From positions 1,302,001-1,366,000 of the forward strand of contig JBHGNT010000010.1 in the NCBI GenBank assembly GCA_043228905.1: a stretch of DNA of 64,000 bases. The letters run 5' to 3'. This DNA is from Azolla caroliniana. Its lineage: Eukaryota > Plantae > Polypodiophyta. The position numbers and the translations under genes were made by a program. Under the pieces are notes generated by a model. It was given only the letters and a program-made list of their open reading frames with translations, was not told where the DNA came from and did not search any database. How positions within the stretch are numbered: position 1 is the first letter of the stretch; each line of letters starts with the position of its first letter. Below, piece by piece: positions 1 to 11,858 of the stretch.

Positions 1-344
1 GCACTTCGTCCTCTCTGCGCGAGATCCTTGCAACAGCTCTTTCCCGCTCCTTATATAGGCTGACGAGCAGGCCGTCGCGTCAGCTTTTATTCCCTGTCCC
101 TTTTGGACAGGGATCCGCTCCGTTTTTCACGCTTCCGCGTAGTTACGCCACCGGCTTGTACAGTTCGCGCGCGCGACCGAAAAGACTGTTCGCGCGGTCT
201 TTGTCTCCACTTGAGTTAGGGCCCGTTCCTGCCGATTATCCTCCTAAGTCGTTTCTATGTACAACTTGGAGCGTGCGCGCGTGAAGAACCGGTTCCCACG
301 CCTTGGTGCGCCGATTCCGCCTATGGACGGTTTTCTTCACGACA
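1..344 (-). repeat. A1 3' LTR (partial)
   Basis: Matches 6524-6867 with no difference seen; ends CTTCACGACA on +; abuts the PPT. Confidence 0.95.
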
Positions 345-415
345 TCCGCCCCCACCTAACCGCGCATCCTCCGGTATGCGCCAAGAGAGTTGGAACGGAG
401 AAAACCGGCCCGTCT

Positions 416-3400
416 TCATTCCTCGCCCGTCGGTTCTTCCTCGTTTTCGGATCGTTCGTCACTGCTGTCTAGGAGAGCCGGGTCCGGCTCGTCGTCATGT
501 CGCTTCTTGAACGCTTTGATCCGCTTCCCTGCAACCGGTATCGCCACTCTCGTGCCGTCAAGTTCCGCCAGGTGATATGTCCCGTTGTCATTGGCGCTCC
601 GTACTACGTAAGGCCCGAACCACCTTTGTGCGAACTTCCGTGTAGCTCGGTGCTGGTTGTCGAGGCTGCTGTCGTAGACGAGCACCCAGTCACCTTCGTC
701 GATTTTCTTCGGTCGTAGCCGGTGCGTTCGGTCGAACCGGGCTTTGTTCTTTGTCCTCGCCACCCGGAGCTTCTCCGTAGCCAGTGCCACGTCCTCCGGT
801 CTCCGCTCGAGCTGTCGTATGCGTGCGGCCAACAACTCCTCCCGGCTCATCTCGTCCCTCCAGTCGACCGTTGCCCACGAGGAGATCGTCCGTTCAATCG
901 GCATGATCGGCTTCTGGCCGAACATGAGCTCCGTCGGCATGTACCCGGTTACCGAACTGTGCGTGGTCCGGTCTGCCCACAAAGCATAAGGTAGCAGCCG
1001 CGGCCAGTCACCGACTCGGCCTCCGCATGCCCGAACCAACGCCTTGACGATCGGTCCGTGTCCGCGCTCCACCTTCCCATTCGCCTCCGGATTGTACGCA
1101 GTGGTGAGCGAGAGCTGGACTCCCAGCCGGTCGAACAGCTCCGCGGCTTCTTCGGCGTCCAACTCCCCTCGGTCAGCCACGATCTTCCCGACGCACCCGT
1201 ACCGGCATATCACGTCCTCGATTAGGAACCGGCATACGGCCGCGGTCGTTTTGTTTGGAAGGGCCCGGCCTTCCACCTGGTTCGTCAGATCCTCCCGCGC
1301 TAGGACCAGGTACCGCATCTGTCCTACCCCCATTGGCATCGTCACCAGATCTACCATCCATTTGAAGTGGATGGTCGGAGGGTACGTGGGGTGAAGCTCG
1401 TCCCGATGTCGGACTATGGAGTGCATCTGACAGCTCCCGCAAGTTGTCACGAACCGATGCACGTCCCGGTACTGCCCCGACCACCAATACTTCCCCTTTA
1501 GTTTCTCAAACGTAGCCCATGTTCCACGGTGTCCAGCCCAAGGGCTGTCGTGGTAGGCCGTCAGTAGCTCCTCCTGTTCTTCCTTCATTGCCACCACCCG
1601 GAGCGGAGCGCCGTCCCTCTTCTTCGGGTGTTTCCACAGATAGCCATCCCGGAGAAAGAACCGGTACGCTTTCTTCCGGATCCGGTTGGCCTCGTCCTTC
1701 GTCCATGACGCATCGGGCGTCATTGTTTTCAAAAACCCACCGATCTGCAGCCACTCCCCGTCGTACTTGCTCGCGTCGAAGTCGTTAAGCGCCGGAGTGC
1801 TTGTTCCGTCGGTTGTTACATACGCAGTCTCGAAGAAGTCCACGCCGACCTCTTCGTCCTCCGAAACCATGCCGCCCTCGTCATCGAATCTCGCCCTTGA
1901 AAGCATGTCGGCCATGGCGTTGTCTTTCCCGGAAATGTGTCGTATTACCGGGTCCAGGGACTTGATGTATGCTATCCACCTGAGCATTGCCAGGTCCGGC
2001 GTCGCGCATCCGGAAACCATGCCGAGAATCGGCATGCAATCCGTCTCTATGATTACCTCCGTCCCGATCAGATAGTCTTTGTCGGCCTTCACCGCCGAAA
2101 CGATACCCCAGAGTTCGCGTTTAACCTGGGCGTATCCTCGCTGCCGTTCACTGAGGACTTTCGCGCCGAATCGGATCGGAAACCGATTGCCGTCCTCGTC
2201 TTCCTGGTTCACGACCCATCCGATCCCGGTCGGACTGGTATCCACCGTTATGAACACCGGGGTACCCTTCCCGTATACCGCCTTCCGGAGTGCCGGTGCC
2301 GCTGCAAGGGCCTCTTTCAGCTTCCGGACCGATTCCGCGTGCTCGCCTAGCCATTCGAACCTTCGCCCCTTTTTCAGCAACCCGTACAGTGGCTCCGCGA
2401 CGTGTGCGTAATGCGGGATCCATATGTGGTAGAACGCGCATGCCCCCAGGAATCTCTGTACTTCCGTGACCGAGCTGCAGTCGGGCTTCATCGCGGAGAT
2501 GGCTTCTACCTTTGCCGGAGACGGTTTCCGGCCATATGGTCCGCACAGGTGTCCGACCACCATGATTTCTGACTGCCCGAAGGCCGACTTCTCCCCGGAG
2601 AGGGTGAGTCTCGCATCCTCTAGCCTTTGCAGCACCTTCTCGCAGTCGTCAATGTGCGTCGCCACGAATCGCCGGCATCCGTCCGGCCCGATCGTCTCGT
2701 CCTTCCCTTCTACCGGGCATCCCTTGATCGGGATGTCGTCCAGAAACGGCATGGTGATTTTCGGGATGCAGTCCCTCAGCACCTTGTTCATCGCATTCAC
2801 CATGTGGGCCACCGAGTTGGTCCCTCCTTGCGGCAGCGTACACATCCGCACTAGGCCGAGGGGAGTTCGCATCGTCGTAATGTCTCTGCTCTCCACGGCT
2901 AGCTGGAACTGGTCATACCCTGAGTATAGATCACCGACCGAGTAAATCGACCTTCCGGCGAAGGCCTCCGCGAACTCGTCTATGGTCGGTCCGATCCCTG
3001 CGTTCCGAATGGTCACTCGATTGACCGGCTGCAGGTCCTGGATGAAGCGCAACGAACCGTTTTTCTTCGGTACGGTAAACCATCGATTCGAATATGGGGC
3101 GCTCGACGGCTCGAGAATTCCCATATCAACCTTCTGCCTCAGCAGCTCCATCAACTTCGGGATGTGAGCTCTCGGAACCGGGATTGGCTTGAGATTCCAT
3201 GGCACATGCGGTACCGTGAATATCACCATCGGCTCCACGATCGTCGGGTCAACGCACCCGATTTCCTCCGGCGAGAATGCGAAGGCTTTCCCGTGCCTTC
3301 CGAGCATTCTCCGAAACCGGTCTTCCTCCGCCGGCAGTAGGAACCCGCCCCCACCGATTTTGAGCTCTCGGAGCGTCTCGTCGGTGAAGGTGTGCCCTAT

Positions 3401-3900
3401 GCAGGCCGGATCTCGTAGACTAGGGTCCGATGCAACCCCTTTGATTCTCGACGCGCTGTCCTCCGGTAAGGGTGCCGCGACTGGCCTTACCTTCCGGTCC
3501 ACAGTCTTGTACTTGGTGCTTACTTGGGCCGTCCGAACTGACTCGAGCCCTCGACCGAAGTCCGCGATGACTTCGTACATCTCCTCCGAACATACCGGTA
3601 TCGTCTGGTCTTCGTCAAGGTTTTCTTCGACTACCTTACCCAGTATTCCTAAGGTGTCGTCGAAGGAGACTGCCTCCACGGCTCCGTTGATTTCTTCGTC
3701 AGGGCCGAGAACTCCGCACGCTCGAAGCCTCCCCTCCGTCTTTGTTTTCTCTCGGCCGGCGATGCCGACAATCGCACATGCTCCGCTGCCGGAGAAGCAA
3801 AATTTCCTACCTATTGTACACGGTTTTATCGTACAGATGTGGGGTTTTTCCGGAGCATCCGGACTGTCGCGGCCCCACGCCTTGGCAGTCCTCTCTAAAA
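416..3900 (-). CDS. pol: A1 Pol (RT, RNase H, integrase), entered by -1 frameshift from gag-PR
   Basis: RT LPQG...FLDD; RNase H VDTS...ELWG...ETDC; integrase HHCC (HDSPWAGH...CGSC), DLV/ADRG/VER and GPY motif; frame is open from the 1087-aa ORF back to the slippery site at 3898-3904. Confidence 0.93.
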
Positions 3901-6021
3901 ATCCTCTCGGGTTTCGGAACCGAGGGAATCGCGGTTACGTTCGTGGTTCGGCCGTACCGTCAGAAACTGGACCGAATGGCGCCCGTCTTGGCTTTTGACC
4001 CTCGCGTAGGCCGAACCGTTGTCCAGCACCTTGGTCTCCATTCGCGCCGCCGTGATGTACGGCTCTCCCAGAATGACCGGATGCGAAGACGTCTCCTGCA
4101 CGAAGAAGTGCTGGTCAATTTCGACGTCGCCGATCTTGACTCGTACATTCGGACAGGCCCCGTGCAGTTCCTCGGTGGCGCGCGTAGCTGCCCTTATTTT
4201 CCACCCGTGTTTGGTGTTGATCGGCCATTTGCCCTTCTTATAGAAGTCCATGGACATCAAATTGATCTCCGATCCGTGGTCCACCAAAGCTATCACCGGT
4301 TCCTGGACATCGCCGATCTTCACCGGGGTTTCCGTGGTCGCTCGGGCCCAGTGCGGTCTCGAATAGTGGCATTCCGCCCACTCGTCTCCCAGCGCCATGT
4401 CGTCTAGGTGCGTCGTCCGCACTTCCACCGGTCTTTCCGGTTCTGTCTCCGTCGACACCCTCTTCCGTTTCACCAAGTCCACGATGGAGTCGTGGAACTC
4501 CTTCTTGGCGATTCCCAGCACCTCTCGTAACGACAGCTCCACCTTGCTGTCGAGGATCCGTTCCTCCAGGACCTTTCGTAAGTCCGTGGTTCTTTCTATC
4601 TCCGTCCCCAGACGGTACCCGCCCTTCTGGGGTTTATCTTGCGTACCGGCCCCGCCGGCTTCGTCCCGTCGTGGCCCGGACCGGGTCTCGTATCGTTGTG
4701 AGGGCCCGGTCGTCCCGGGTTTCCCCACCCGCTTCTCTTCTACCAGAGCCTCGTAGTTCCGGCAAGCGGCTTCCACGAAGCCCGTCTTTTCCTCGACCGG
4801 GTCGCTCCACCCGGTCATCTCCCGTACCCGTTTCTCCGCACGGTCCGATTCCTCCCTTTTAAGCCCTGCACCGGCAAGGCCTTCCAGCATCGTCGGCCAG
4901 AATCCGGCTTTACTTTCCTTTCGGGCCTCGCCGCCCCCGACTCGAATGCCGGCCGACGCCGAGTAGTGGACGGTTTCCGCGTGTCGGGCCGCCGCCTCTT
5001 CCATCACCCTTTTCATACCGCCTCGCCCGTCGTTTCGGCTCAGGGCCCGTCGGGTGTCGCTGGCATGCACCCGCCCTTCCCACAGGTACACCACCCTGTC
5101 CCTCAGCGCCTCCGCGAAGTCGCCGCAGTCCTTCCGAATGTGGCCGACTTCATCGCACCACATGCACCTGTTTCCTGCCGCCGGCCGTCGGTCACGAGCC
5201 GGTTCGCCTCCTTCCCTTCGGGCCTGCGCGATTTGGAGGTCCTTTATCGCCTTCGTCAATTCCTCCAGCGCCGCTCCTCCAGTTGAGCCTCTGACTACGC
5301 CGGTCGAGGCCGAACCGGTTTCCAACCACTCCCGGGTCTCTTCCTTGCGCACCTGTGGCGCTGGTTCGAGCTTCCTTGCTGCGACCGAGCCCGACCCGGT
5401 CGCCCCGTTATCCGCCCATTCTCGCCGTTTGTCGAAACGGCCACAGACCTTCCTGACAGCCGCCCAGTCGGTAGTGAGCCCGTCTTCGGTTTCCAGCAAG
5501 AGGCCCACTTGCTCCCGATCCCGCTCGTCGACCGACTTGACAAACAGCAAGACCCGGCTCGTGTCCAGGATGGTTCGGTCGAGCGCCGAAAGGCGCGCAA
5601 AGTTTTCCTCGAACTCCCGGAGGAGCGCCGACGCGTTTCTTCGCTTCCCCGGGGACTCCACCCATTCCATGAACCTTCGCTTCGAAAGCCGGAGCGCGTC
5701 GTCCAGCCCGTATTTCTCTAGGAGCCGACCTTCGAACTCCTCCGAGGTACGGCTCTCCGTCCGCACCTCGAGCACCTCCGCATGGATGCTCGGCATCGCC
5801 ACTCGGGGAAATCCGGCAAGACGCCTTTCTTCCGGAATGTCCCGCATCAACATTTCTGCACCGTAGGACGCCAGATACTTCGTGGCATCCTTCCCATCGA
5901 ACCGGCCGATCGTGCCGACGACCGCCTCAATAGCTCTGTCGAGGGCACCGGTGCCCTCGCGCGCGTTTACAATCCGATCCACGGCTGAAGCCATGGCCTC
6001 CGCAAGATCCGCCCCCTTCAT
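3895..6021 (-). CDS. gag: A1 Gag-protease, 708 aa
   Basis: Zinc knuckle CMWCDEVGHIRKDC; aspartic protease variant motif LVDHGSE and VILG; starts just after the PBS. Confidence 0.92.
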   Translation of the reverse strand: MKGADLAEAMASAVDRIVNAREGTGALDRAIEAVVGTIGRFDGKDATKYLASYGAEMLMRDIPEERRLAGFPRVAMPSIHAEVLEVRTESRTSEEFEGRLLEKYGLDDALRLSKRRFMEWVESPGKRRNASALLREFEENFARLSALDRTILDTSRVLLFVKSVDERDREQVGLLLETEDGLTTDWAAVRKVCGRFDKRREWADNGATGSGSVAARKLEPAPQVRKEETREWLETGSASTGVVRGSTGGAALEELTKAIKDLQIAQARREGGEPARDRRPAAGNRCMWCDEVGHIRKDCGDFAEALRDRVVYLWEGRVHASDTRRALSRNDGRGGMKRVMEEAAARHAETVHYSASAGIRVGGGEARKESKAGFWPTMLEGLAGAGLKREESDRAEKRVREMTGWSDPVEEKTGFVEAACRNYEALVEEKRVGKPGTTGPSQRYETRSGPRRDEAGGAGTQDKPQKGGYRLGTEIERTTDLRKVLEERILDSKVELSLREVLGIAKKEFHDSIVDLVKRKRVSTETEPERPVEVRTTHLDDMALGDEWAECHYSRPHWARATTETPVKIGDVQEPVIALVDHGSEINLMSMDFYKKGKWPINTKHGWKIRAATRATEELHGACPNVRVKIGDVEIDQHFFVQETSSHPVILGEPYITAARMETKVLDNGSAYARVKSQDGRHSVQFLTVRPNHERNRDSLGSETREDF

Positions 6022-6043
6022 TTCCTACTCTTCTGCCGCCTCT

Positions 6044-6061
6044 TTCACGTCGGGTTCACCA
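6044..6061 (-). other. Primer-binding site complementary to tRNA-Trp(CCA)
   Basis: + strand TTCACGTCGGGTTCACCA matches the 3' 18 nt of plant cytosolic tRNA-Trp as I recall it; same 18-mer at 11081-11098, 45973-45990 and 52811-52828. Confidence 0.88.
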
Positions 6062-6064
6062 AGA

Positions 6065-6867
6065 TGTCGAGATATTACGCAAGTGCGTGTGGAATCGAGG
6101 CGGGACCGCGGGGGTCTCGAACCAAAGAGCAAGCGCGGGAGGGGAAAGGGAGAGAACCGGCTACGCAGGACCGGGGATACACAGGGACACGGCCCTTCAG
6201 CACGGAGAACGCGAACAGAGACCGACACAGACAGATGCGAATGACTTAATATGTATATTCAGAAAAATGGCTAACACTACTACAACCCACGATGGGGCAC
6301 AGGTTGGTTACAACCGAACAGGCCGGCGAACAGATGCCGATGCCTGCTCGCTTCGACGCACAAAACGGGCAAAGGGGGGGGGGGGTAGCAGGTTGGAGGT
6401 GCTGCCGGAAGCACTCGGGCGTTCCTCGAAACAGCGCGAGCCTCCTCCGAACCCTGCACAGAAGCTGTGGAGCTCAAGAAGGAAGGAAACAGAGAGAGAG
6501 CGACGTCCAGAAACGGTCCGACAGCACTTCGTCCTCTCTGCGCGAGATCCTTGCAACAGCTCTTTCCCGCTCCTTATATAGGCTGACGAGCAGGCCGTCG
6601 CGTCAGCTTTTATTCCCTGTCCCTTTTGGACAGGGATCCGCTCCGTTTTTCACGCTTCCGCGTAGTTACGCCACCGGCTTGTACAGTTCGCGCGCGCGAC
6701 CGAAAAGACTGTTCGCGCGGTCTTTGTCTCCACTTGAGTTAGGGCCCGTTCCTGCCGATTATCCTCCTAAGTCGTTTCTATGTACAACTTGGAGCGTGCG
6801 CGCGTGAAGAACCGGTTCCCACGCCTTGGTGCGCCGATTCCGCCTATGGACGGTTTTCTTCACGACA
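6065..6867 (-). repeat. A1 5' LTR (803 bp)
   Basis: TGTCG...CGACA termini; minus-strand TATA (CCTATATAAGG, about 6572-6582); 3 nt from the PBS. Confidence 0.95.
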
Positions 6868-9800
6868 ACGTATGCTGCCTCGAAGAAGTCCACGCCGACC
6901 TCTTCGTCCTCTGAAACCATGCCGCCCTCGTCATCGAACCTCGCCCTCGAAAGCATGTCGGCCATGGCGTTGTCTTTCCCGGAAATGTGTCGTATTTCCG
7001 GGTCCAGGGACTTGATGTACGCTATCCACCTGAGCATTGCCAGGTTCGGCATCGCGCATCCGGAAACCATGCCGAGAATCGGCATGCAATCCGTCTCTAT
7101 GATTACCTCTGTCCCGATCAGATAGTCCTTGTCGGCCTTCACCGCCGAAACGATACCCCAGAGTTCGCGTTTAACCTGGGCGTATCCTCGCTGCCGCTCA
7201 TTGAGGACCTTCGCGCCGAATCGGATCGGAAACCGATTGCCGTCCTCGTCTTCTTGGTTGATGACCCACCCGATTCCGGTCGGACTCGTGTCAACCGTTA
7301 TGTACACTGGAGTGCCCTTCCTGTAGACGGCCTTTCGGAGCGCCGGTGCTGCCGAAAGAGCCTCCTTCAGCTTCCGGACCGACTCCGTGTGCTTGTCTAG
7401 CCATTCGAATCTTCGCCCTTTCTTCAATAATCCGTACAGCGGCTCCGCGATGTGCGCGTAATGCGGGATCCATATGTGGTAGAAGGCGCATGCTCCCAAG
7501 AATCTTCGTACTTCCGTGACCGAGCTGCAATCGGGCTTCATCGCGGAGATGGCTTCTACCTTTGCCGGAGACGGTTTCCGGCCATATGGTCCACATAAAT
7601 GTCCGACCACCATGATTTCCGACTGCCCGAAGGCTGACTTCTCCCCCGAGAAGGTGAGCCTCGCATCCTCTAGCCTTTGCAGCACCTTCTCGCAGTCGTC
7701 GATGTGCGTCATCACGAATCGCCGGCATCCGTCCGGCCCGATCGTCTCGTCCTTCTCTTCTACCGGGCATCCCTTGATCGGGATGTCGTCTAGAAACGGC
7801 ATGGTGATGTCCGGGATGCAGTCCCTCAGCACCTTGTTCATTGCATTCACCATGTGGGCCACCGAGTTGGCCCCTCCTTGCGGCAGCGTACACATCCGCA
7901 CTAGGCCGAGGGGAGTTCGCATCGTCGTAATGTCTCTGCTCTCCACGGCTAGCTGGAACTGGTCGTACCCTGAGTATAGATCACCGACCGAGTAAATCGA
8001 CCTTCCGGCGAAGGCCTCCGCGAACTCGTCTATGGTCGGGCCGATCCCTGCGTTCTGAATGGTCACTCTGTTGACCGGCTGCAGGTCCTGAATGAAGCGC
8101 AATGATCCGTTTTTCTTTGGTACGGTAAACCATCGGTTTGAATATGGGGCGCTCGACGGCTCGAGAATGCCCATATCAACAGCTCCATCAACTTCGGGAT
8201 GTGAGCTCTGGGAACCGGAATTGGCTTGAGATTCCACGGTACATGCGGTACCGTGAATATCACCATTGGCTCTACGATCGTCGGGTCTACGCACCCGATT
8301 TCCTCCGGTGAGAATACGAAGGCTTTCCCGTGCCTTCCGAGCATTCTCCGAAACCGGTCTTCCTCCACCGGCAGTAGGAACCCGCCCCCACCGATCTTCA
8401 GCTCGCGGAGCGTCTCGTTGGTGAAGGTGTGTCCTATGCAGGCCGGATCTCGTAAGCTGGGGTCCGATGCAACCCCTTTGATTCGGGATTCGCTGCCCTC
8501 CGGTAAGGGCGCCGCAACTGGCCTCACCTTCCGGTCCACAGTCTTGTACTTGGTGCTAACTCTAGCCGTCCGTTCCGACTCGAGCCCCCGACCGAAGTCC
8601 GCGATGACTTCGTACATTTCTTCGGAACATACCGGTATCGTCCGGTCTTCGTTAAGGGCTTCTTCGACTACCTTCCCCAGCATTCCCAAGGTGTCGTCGA
8701 AGGAGACTGCCTCCACGGCTCCGTCGATTTCTTCGTCAGGGCCGAGAACTCCGCACGCCCGAAGTCTCCCCTCCGTCTTTGTTTTCTCTCGGCCGGCGAT
8801 GCCGACCATCGTACATGCTCCGCTGTCGGAGAAGCAAAATTTCCTACCTATTGTACACGGTTTTATCGTACAGATGTGGGGTTTTCCCGGAGCATCCGGA
8901 CTGTCGCGGCCCCACGCCTTGGCAGTCCTCTCTAAAAATCCTCTCGGTTTTCGGAACCGAGGGAGTCGCGGTTACGTTCGTGGTTCGGCCGTACCGTCAG
9001 AAACTGGACCGAATGGCGCCCGTCTTGGCTTTTGACCCTCGCGTAGGCCAAACCATTGTCCAGGACCTTGGTCTCCATTCGTGCCGCCGTGATGTACGGC
9101 TCTCCCACTATGACCGGATGCGAAGACGTCTCCTGCACGAAAAAGTGCTGGTCAATCTCGACGTCGCCAATCTTGACTCACACATTCGGACAGGCCCCGT
9201 GCAGTTCCTCGGTGGCGCGCGTTGCTGCCCTTATTTTCCACCCGTGCTTGGTGTTGATCGGCCATTTGCCCTTCTTATAGAAGTCCATGGACATCAAATT
9301 GATCTCCGATCCGTGGTCCACCAAAGCTATCACCGGTTCCTGGACATCGCCGATCTTTACCGGGGTTTCCGTGGTCGCTCGGGCCCAGTGTGGTCTCGAA
9401 TAGTGGCTTTCCGCCCACTCGTCTCCCAGCGCCATGTCGTCTAGGTGCGTCGTCCGCACTTCCACCGGTCTTTCCGGTTCTGTCTCCGTTGACAGCCTCT
9501 TCCGTTTCACCAAGTCCACGATGGAGTCGTGGAACTCCTTCTTGGCGATTCCCAGCACCTCTCGTAACGACAGCTCCACCTTGCTGTCGAGGATCCGTTC
9601 CTCCAGGACCTTTCGTAAGTCCGTGGTCCTTTCTATCTCCGTCCCCAGACGGTACCCGCCCTTCTGGGGTTTATCTTGCGTACCGGCCCCGCCGGCTTCG
9701 TCCCGTCGTGGCCCGGACCGGGTCTCGTATCATTGTGAGGGCCCGGTCGTCCCGGGTTTCCCCACCCGCTTCTCTTCTACCAGAGCCTCGTAGTTCTGGC

Positions 9801-11858
9801 AAGCGGCTTCCACGAAGCCCGCCTTTTCCTCGACCGGGTCGCTCCACCCGGTCATCTCCCGTACCCGTTTCTCCGCACGGTCCGATTCCTCCCTTTTAAG
9901 CCTTGCACCGGCAAGGCCTTCCAGCATCGTCGGCCAGAATCCGGCTTTGCTTTCCCTTCGGGCCTCGCCGCCCCCGACTCGAATGCCGGCCGACGCCGAG
10001 TAGTGGACGGTTTCCGCGTGTCGGGCCGCCGCCTCTTCCATCAACCTTTTCATACCACCTCGCCCGTCGTTTCGGCTCAGGGCCCTCCGGGTGTCGCTGG
10101 CATGCACCCGTCCTTCCCACAGGTACACCACCCTGTTCCTCAACGCCTCCGCGAAGTCGCCGCTGTCCTTCCGAATGTGGCCGACTTCATCGCACCACAT
10201 GCACCTGTTTCCTGCCGCCGGCCGTCGGTCACGAGCCGGTTCGCCACCTTCCCTTCGGGCTTGCGCGATTTGGAGGTCCTTTATCACCCTCGTCAATTCC
10301 TCCAGCGCCGCTCCTCCGGTTGAGCCTCTGACTGCGCCGGTCGAAGCCGAACCGGTTTCCAACCACTCTCGGGTCTCTTCCTTTCGCACTTGTGGCGCTG
10401 GTTCGAGCTTCCTTGCTGCGACCGAGCCCGACCCGGTTGCCCCGTTATCCGCCCATTCTCGCCGTTTGTCGAAACGGCCACAGACTTTCTTGACAGCCGC
10501 CCAGTCGGTAGTGAGCCCGTCTTCGGTTTCCAGCAAGAGGCCCACTTGCTCCCGATCCCGCTCGTCGACCGACTTGACAAACAGCAAGACCCGGCTCGTG
10601 TCCAGGATGGTTCGGTCGAGCGCCGAAAGGCGCGCAAAGTTTTCCTCGAACTCCCGGAGGAGTGCCGACGCGTTTCTTCCCTTCCCCGGGGACTCCACCC
10701 ATTCCATGAACCTTCGCTTCGAAAGCCGGAGCGCGTCGTCCAGCCCATATTTCTCTAGGAGCCGACCTTCGAACTCCTCCGAGGTACGGCTCTCCGCCCG
10801 CACCTCGAGCACCTCCGCATGGATGCTCGGCATCGCCACTCGGGGAAATCCGGCAAGACGCCTTTCTTCCGGAATGTCCCGCATTAGCATCTCTGCACCG
10901 TAGGACGCCAAATACTTCGTGGCATCCTTCCCATCGAACCGGCCGATCGTGCCGACAACCGCCTCAATAGCTCTGTCGAGGGCACCAGTGCCCTCGCGCG
11001 CGTTTACAATCCGATCCATGGCCGAAGCCATGGCCTCTGCAAGATCCGACCCCCTCATCTTCTGCTCTTCTGCCGCCTCCTTCACGTCGGGTTCACCAAG
11101 ATGTCGAGATATTATGCAAGTGCGGGTCTCGAACCAAAGAGCAAGCGAGGGAGGAGAAAGAGAGAGAACCGGCTACGCAGGACCGGGGATACACAGGGAC
11201 ACGGCCCTTCAGCACGGAGAACGCGAACAGACACCGACACAGACAGATGCGAATGACTAAATATGTATATCAACAAAAATGGCCAACACGACTACAACCC
11301 TCGATGGGGCACAGGCTGGTTACAACCGGACAGGCCGGCGAACAGATGCCGATGCCTGTTCGCTTCGACGCACAAAGGGGCGGCAGGTCGGAGGTGCTGC
11401 CGGAAGCACTCGGGCGTTCCTCGAAACAGCGCGAGCCTCCTCGGGAGCCTGCACAGAAAGCTATGGAGCTCAAGAAGGAAGGGAACAGAGAGAGAAGCGT
11501 CCAGAAACGGTCCGACAGCACTTCGTCCTCTCTGCACGAGATCCCTGCAACAGCTCTTTCCTGCTCCTTATATAGGCCAACGAGCAGGCCGTCATGTCAG
11601 CTTTATTCCCTGTCCCTTTTGAACAGGGATCCGCTCCGTTCCTCACGCATCCGCCGCCGACTCGTACAGTTCCTTAGCACGCGCGCGCGACCGAAAAGAC
11701 TGTTCGCGCGGTCTTTGTCTCCACTTGTGCTAGGGCCCGTTCCTGCCAATTATCCTCCTAATTCGCTTCTATGTACAACTTGGAGCGTGCGCGCGTGAAG
11801 AACCGGTTCCCACGCCTTGGTGCGCCGATTCCGCTTATGGACGGTTTTCTTCACGACA
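6868..11858 (-). mobile_element. Ty3/gypsy A2, older degenerate copy of family A, interrupted by A1 between RNase H and integrase
   Basis: Highly similar to A1; TGA stops at about 9730 and 9178 (CGA in A1); about 13-bp frameshifting deletion near 8180; pol stops at FFEAAYV at the A1 LTR. Confidence 0.93.
11102..11858 (-). repeat. A2 5' LTR (757 bp)
   Basis: Diverged copy of 6065-6867 with indels; TGTCG...CGACA termini; PBS adjacent. Confidence 0.93.

Larger units (their letters stand above)
1..6867 (-). mobile_element. Ty3/gypsy LTR retrotransposon A1 (tRNA-Trp-primed, non-chromovirus), apparently intact; 3' LTR cut by the window edge
   Basis: LTR 6065-6867, whose right part recurs at 1-344; PBS 6044-6061; PPT 345-356 (GGTGGGGGCGGA on minus); gag-PR and RT-RH-INT ORFs without stops. 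Confidence 0.96.

Noticed and set aside
3189-5866. Long plus-strand ORFs (269, 221, 270 aa) opposite A1, and their A2 twins
   Set aside because: Antisense shadows of GC-rich gag-pol codons with no recognisable motifs
6759-8294. 511-aa ORF as a separate gene
   Set aside because: Frameshifted A2 RT-RH reading into the A1 LTR
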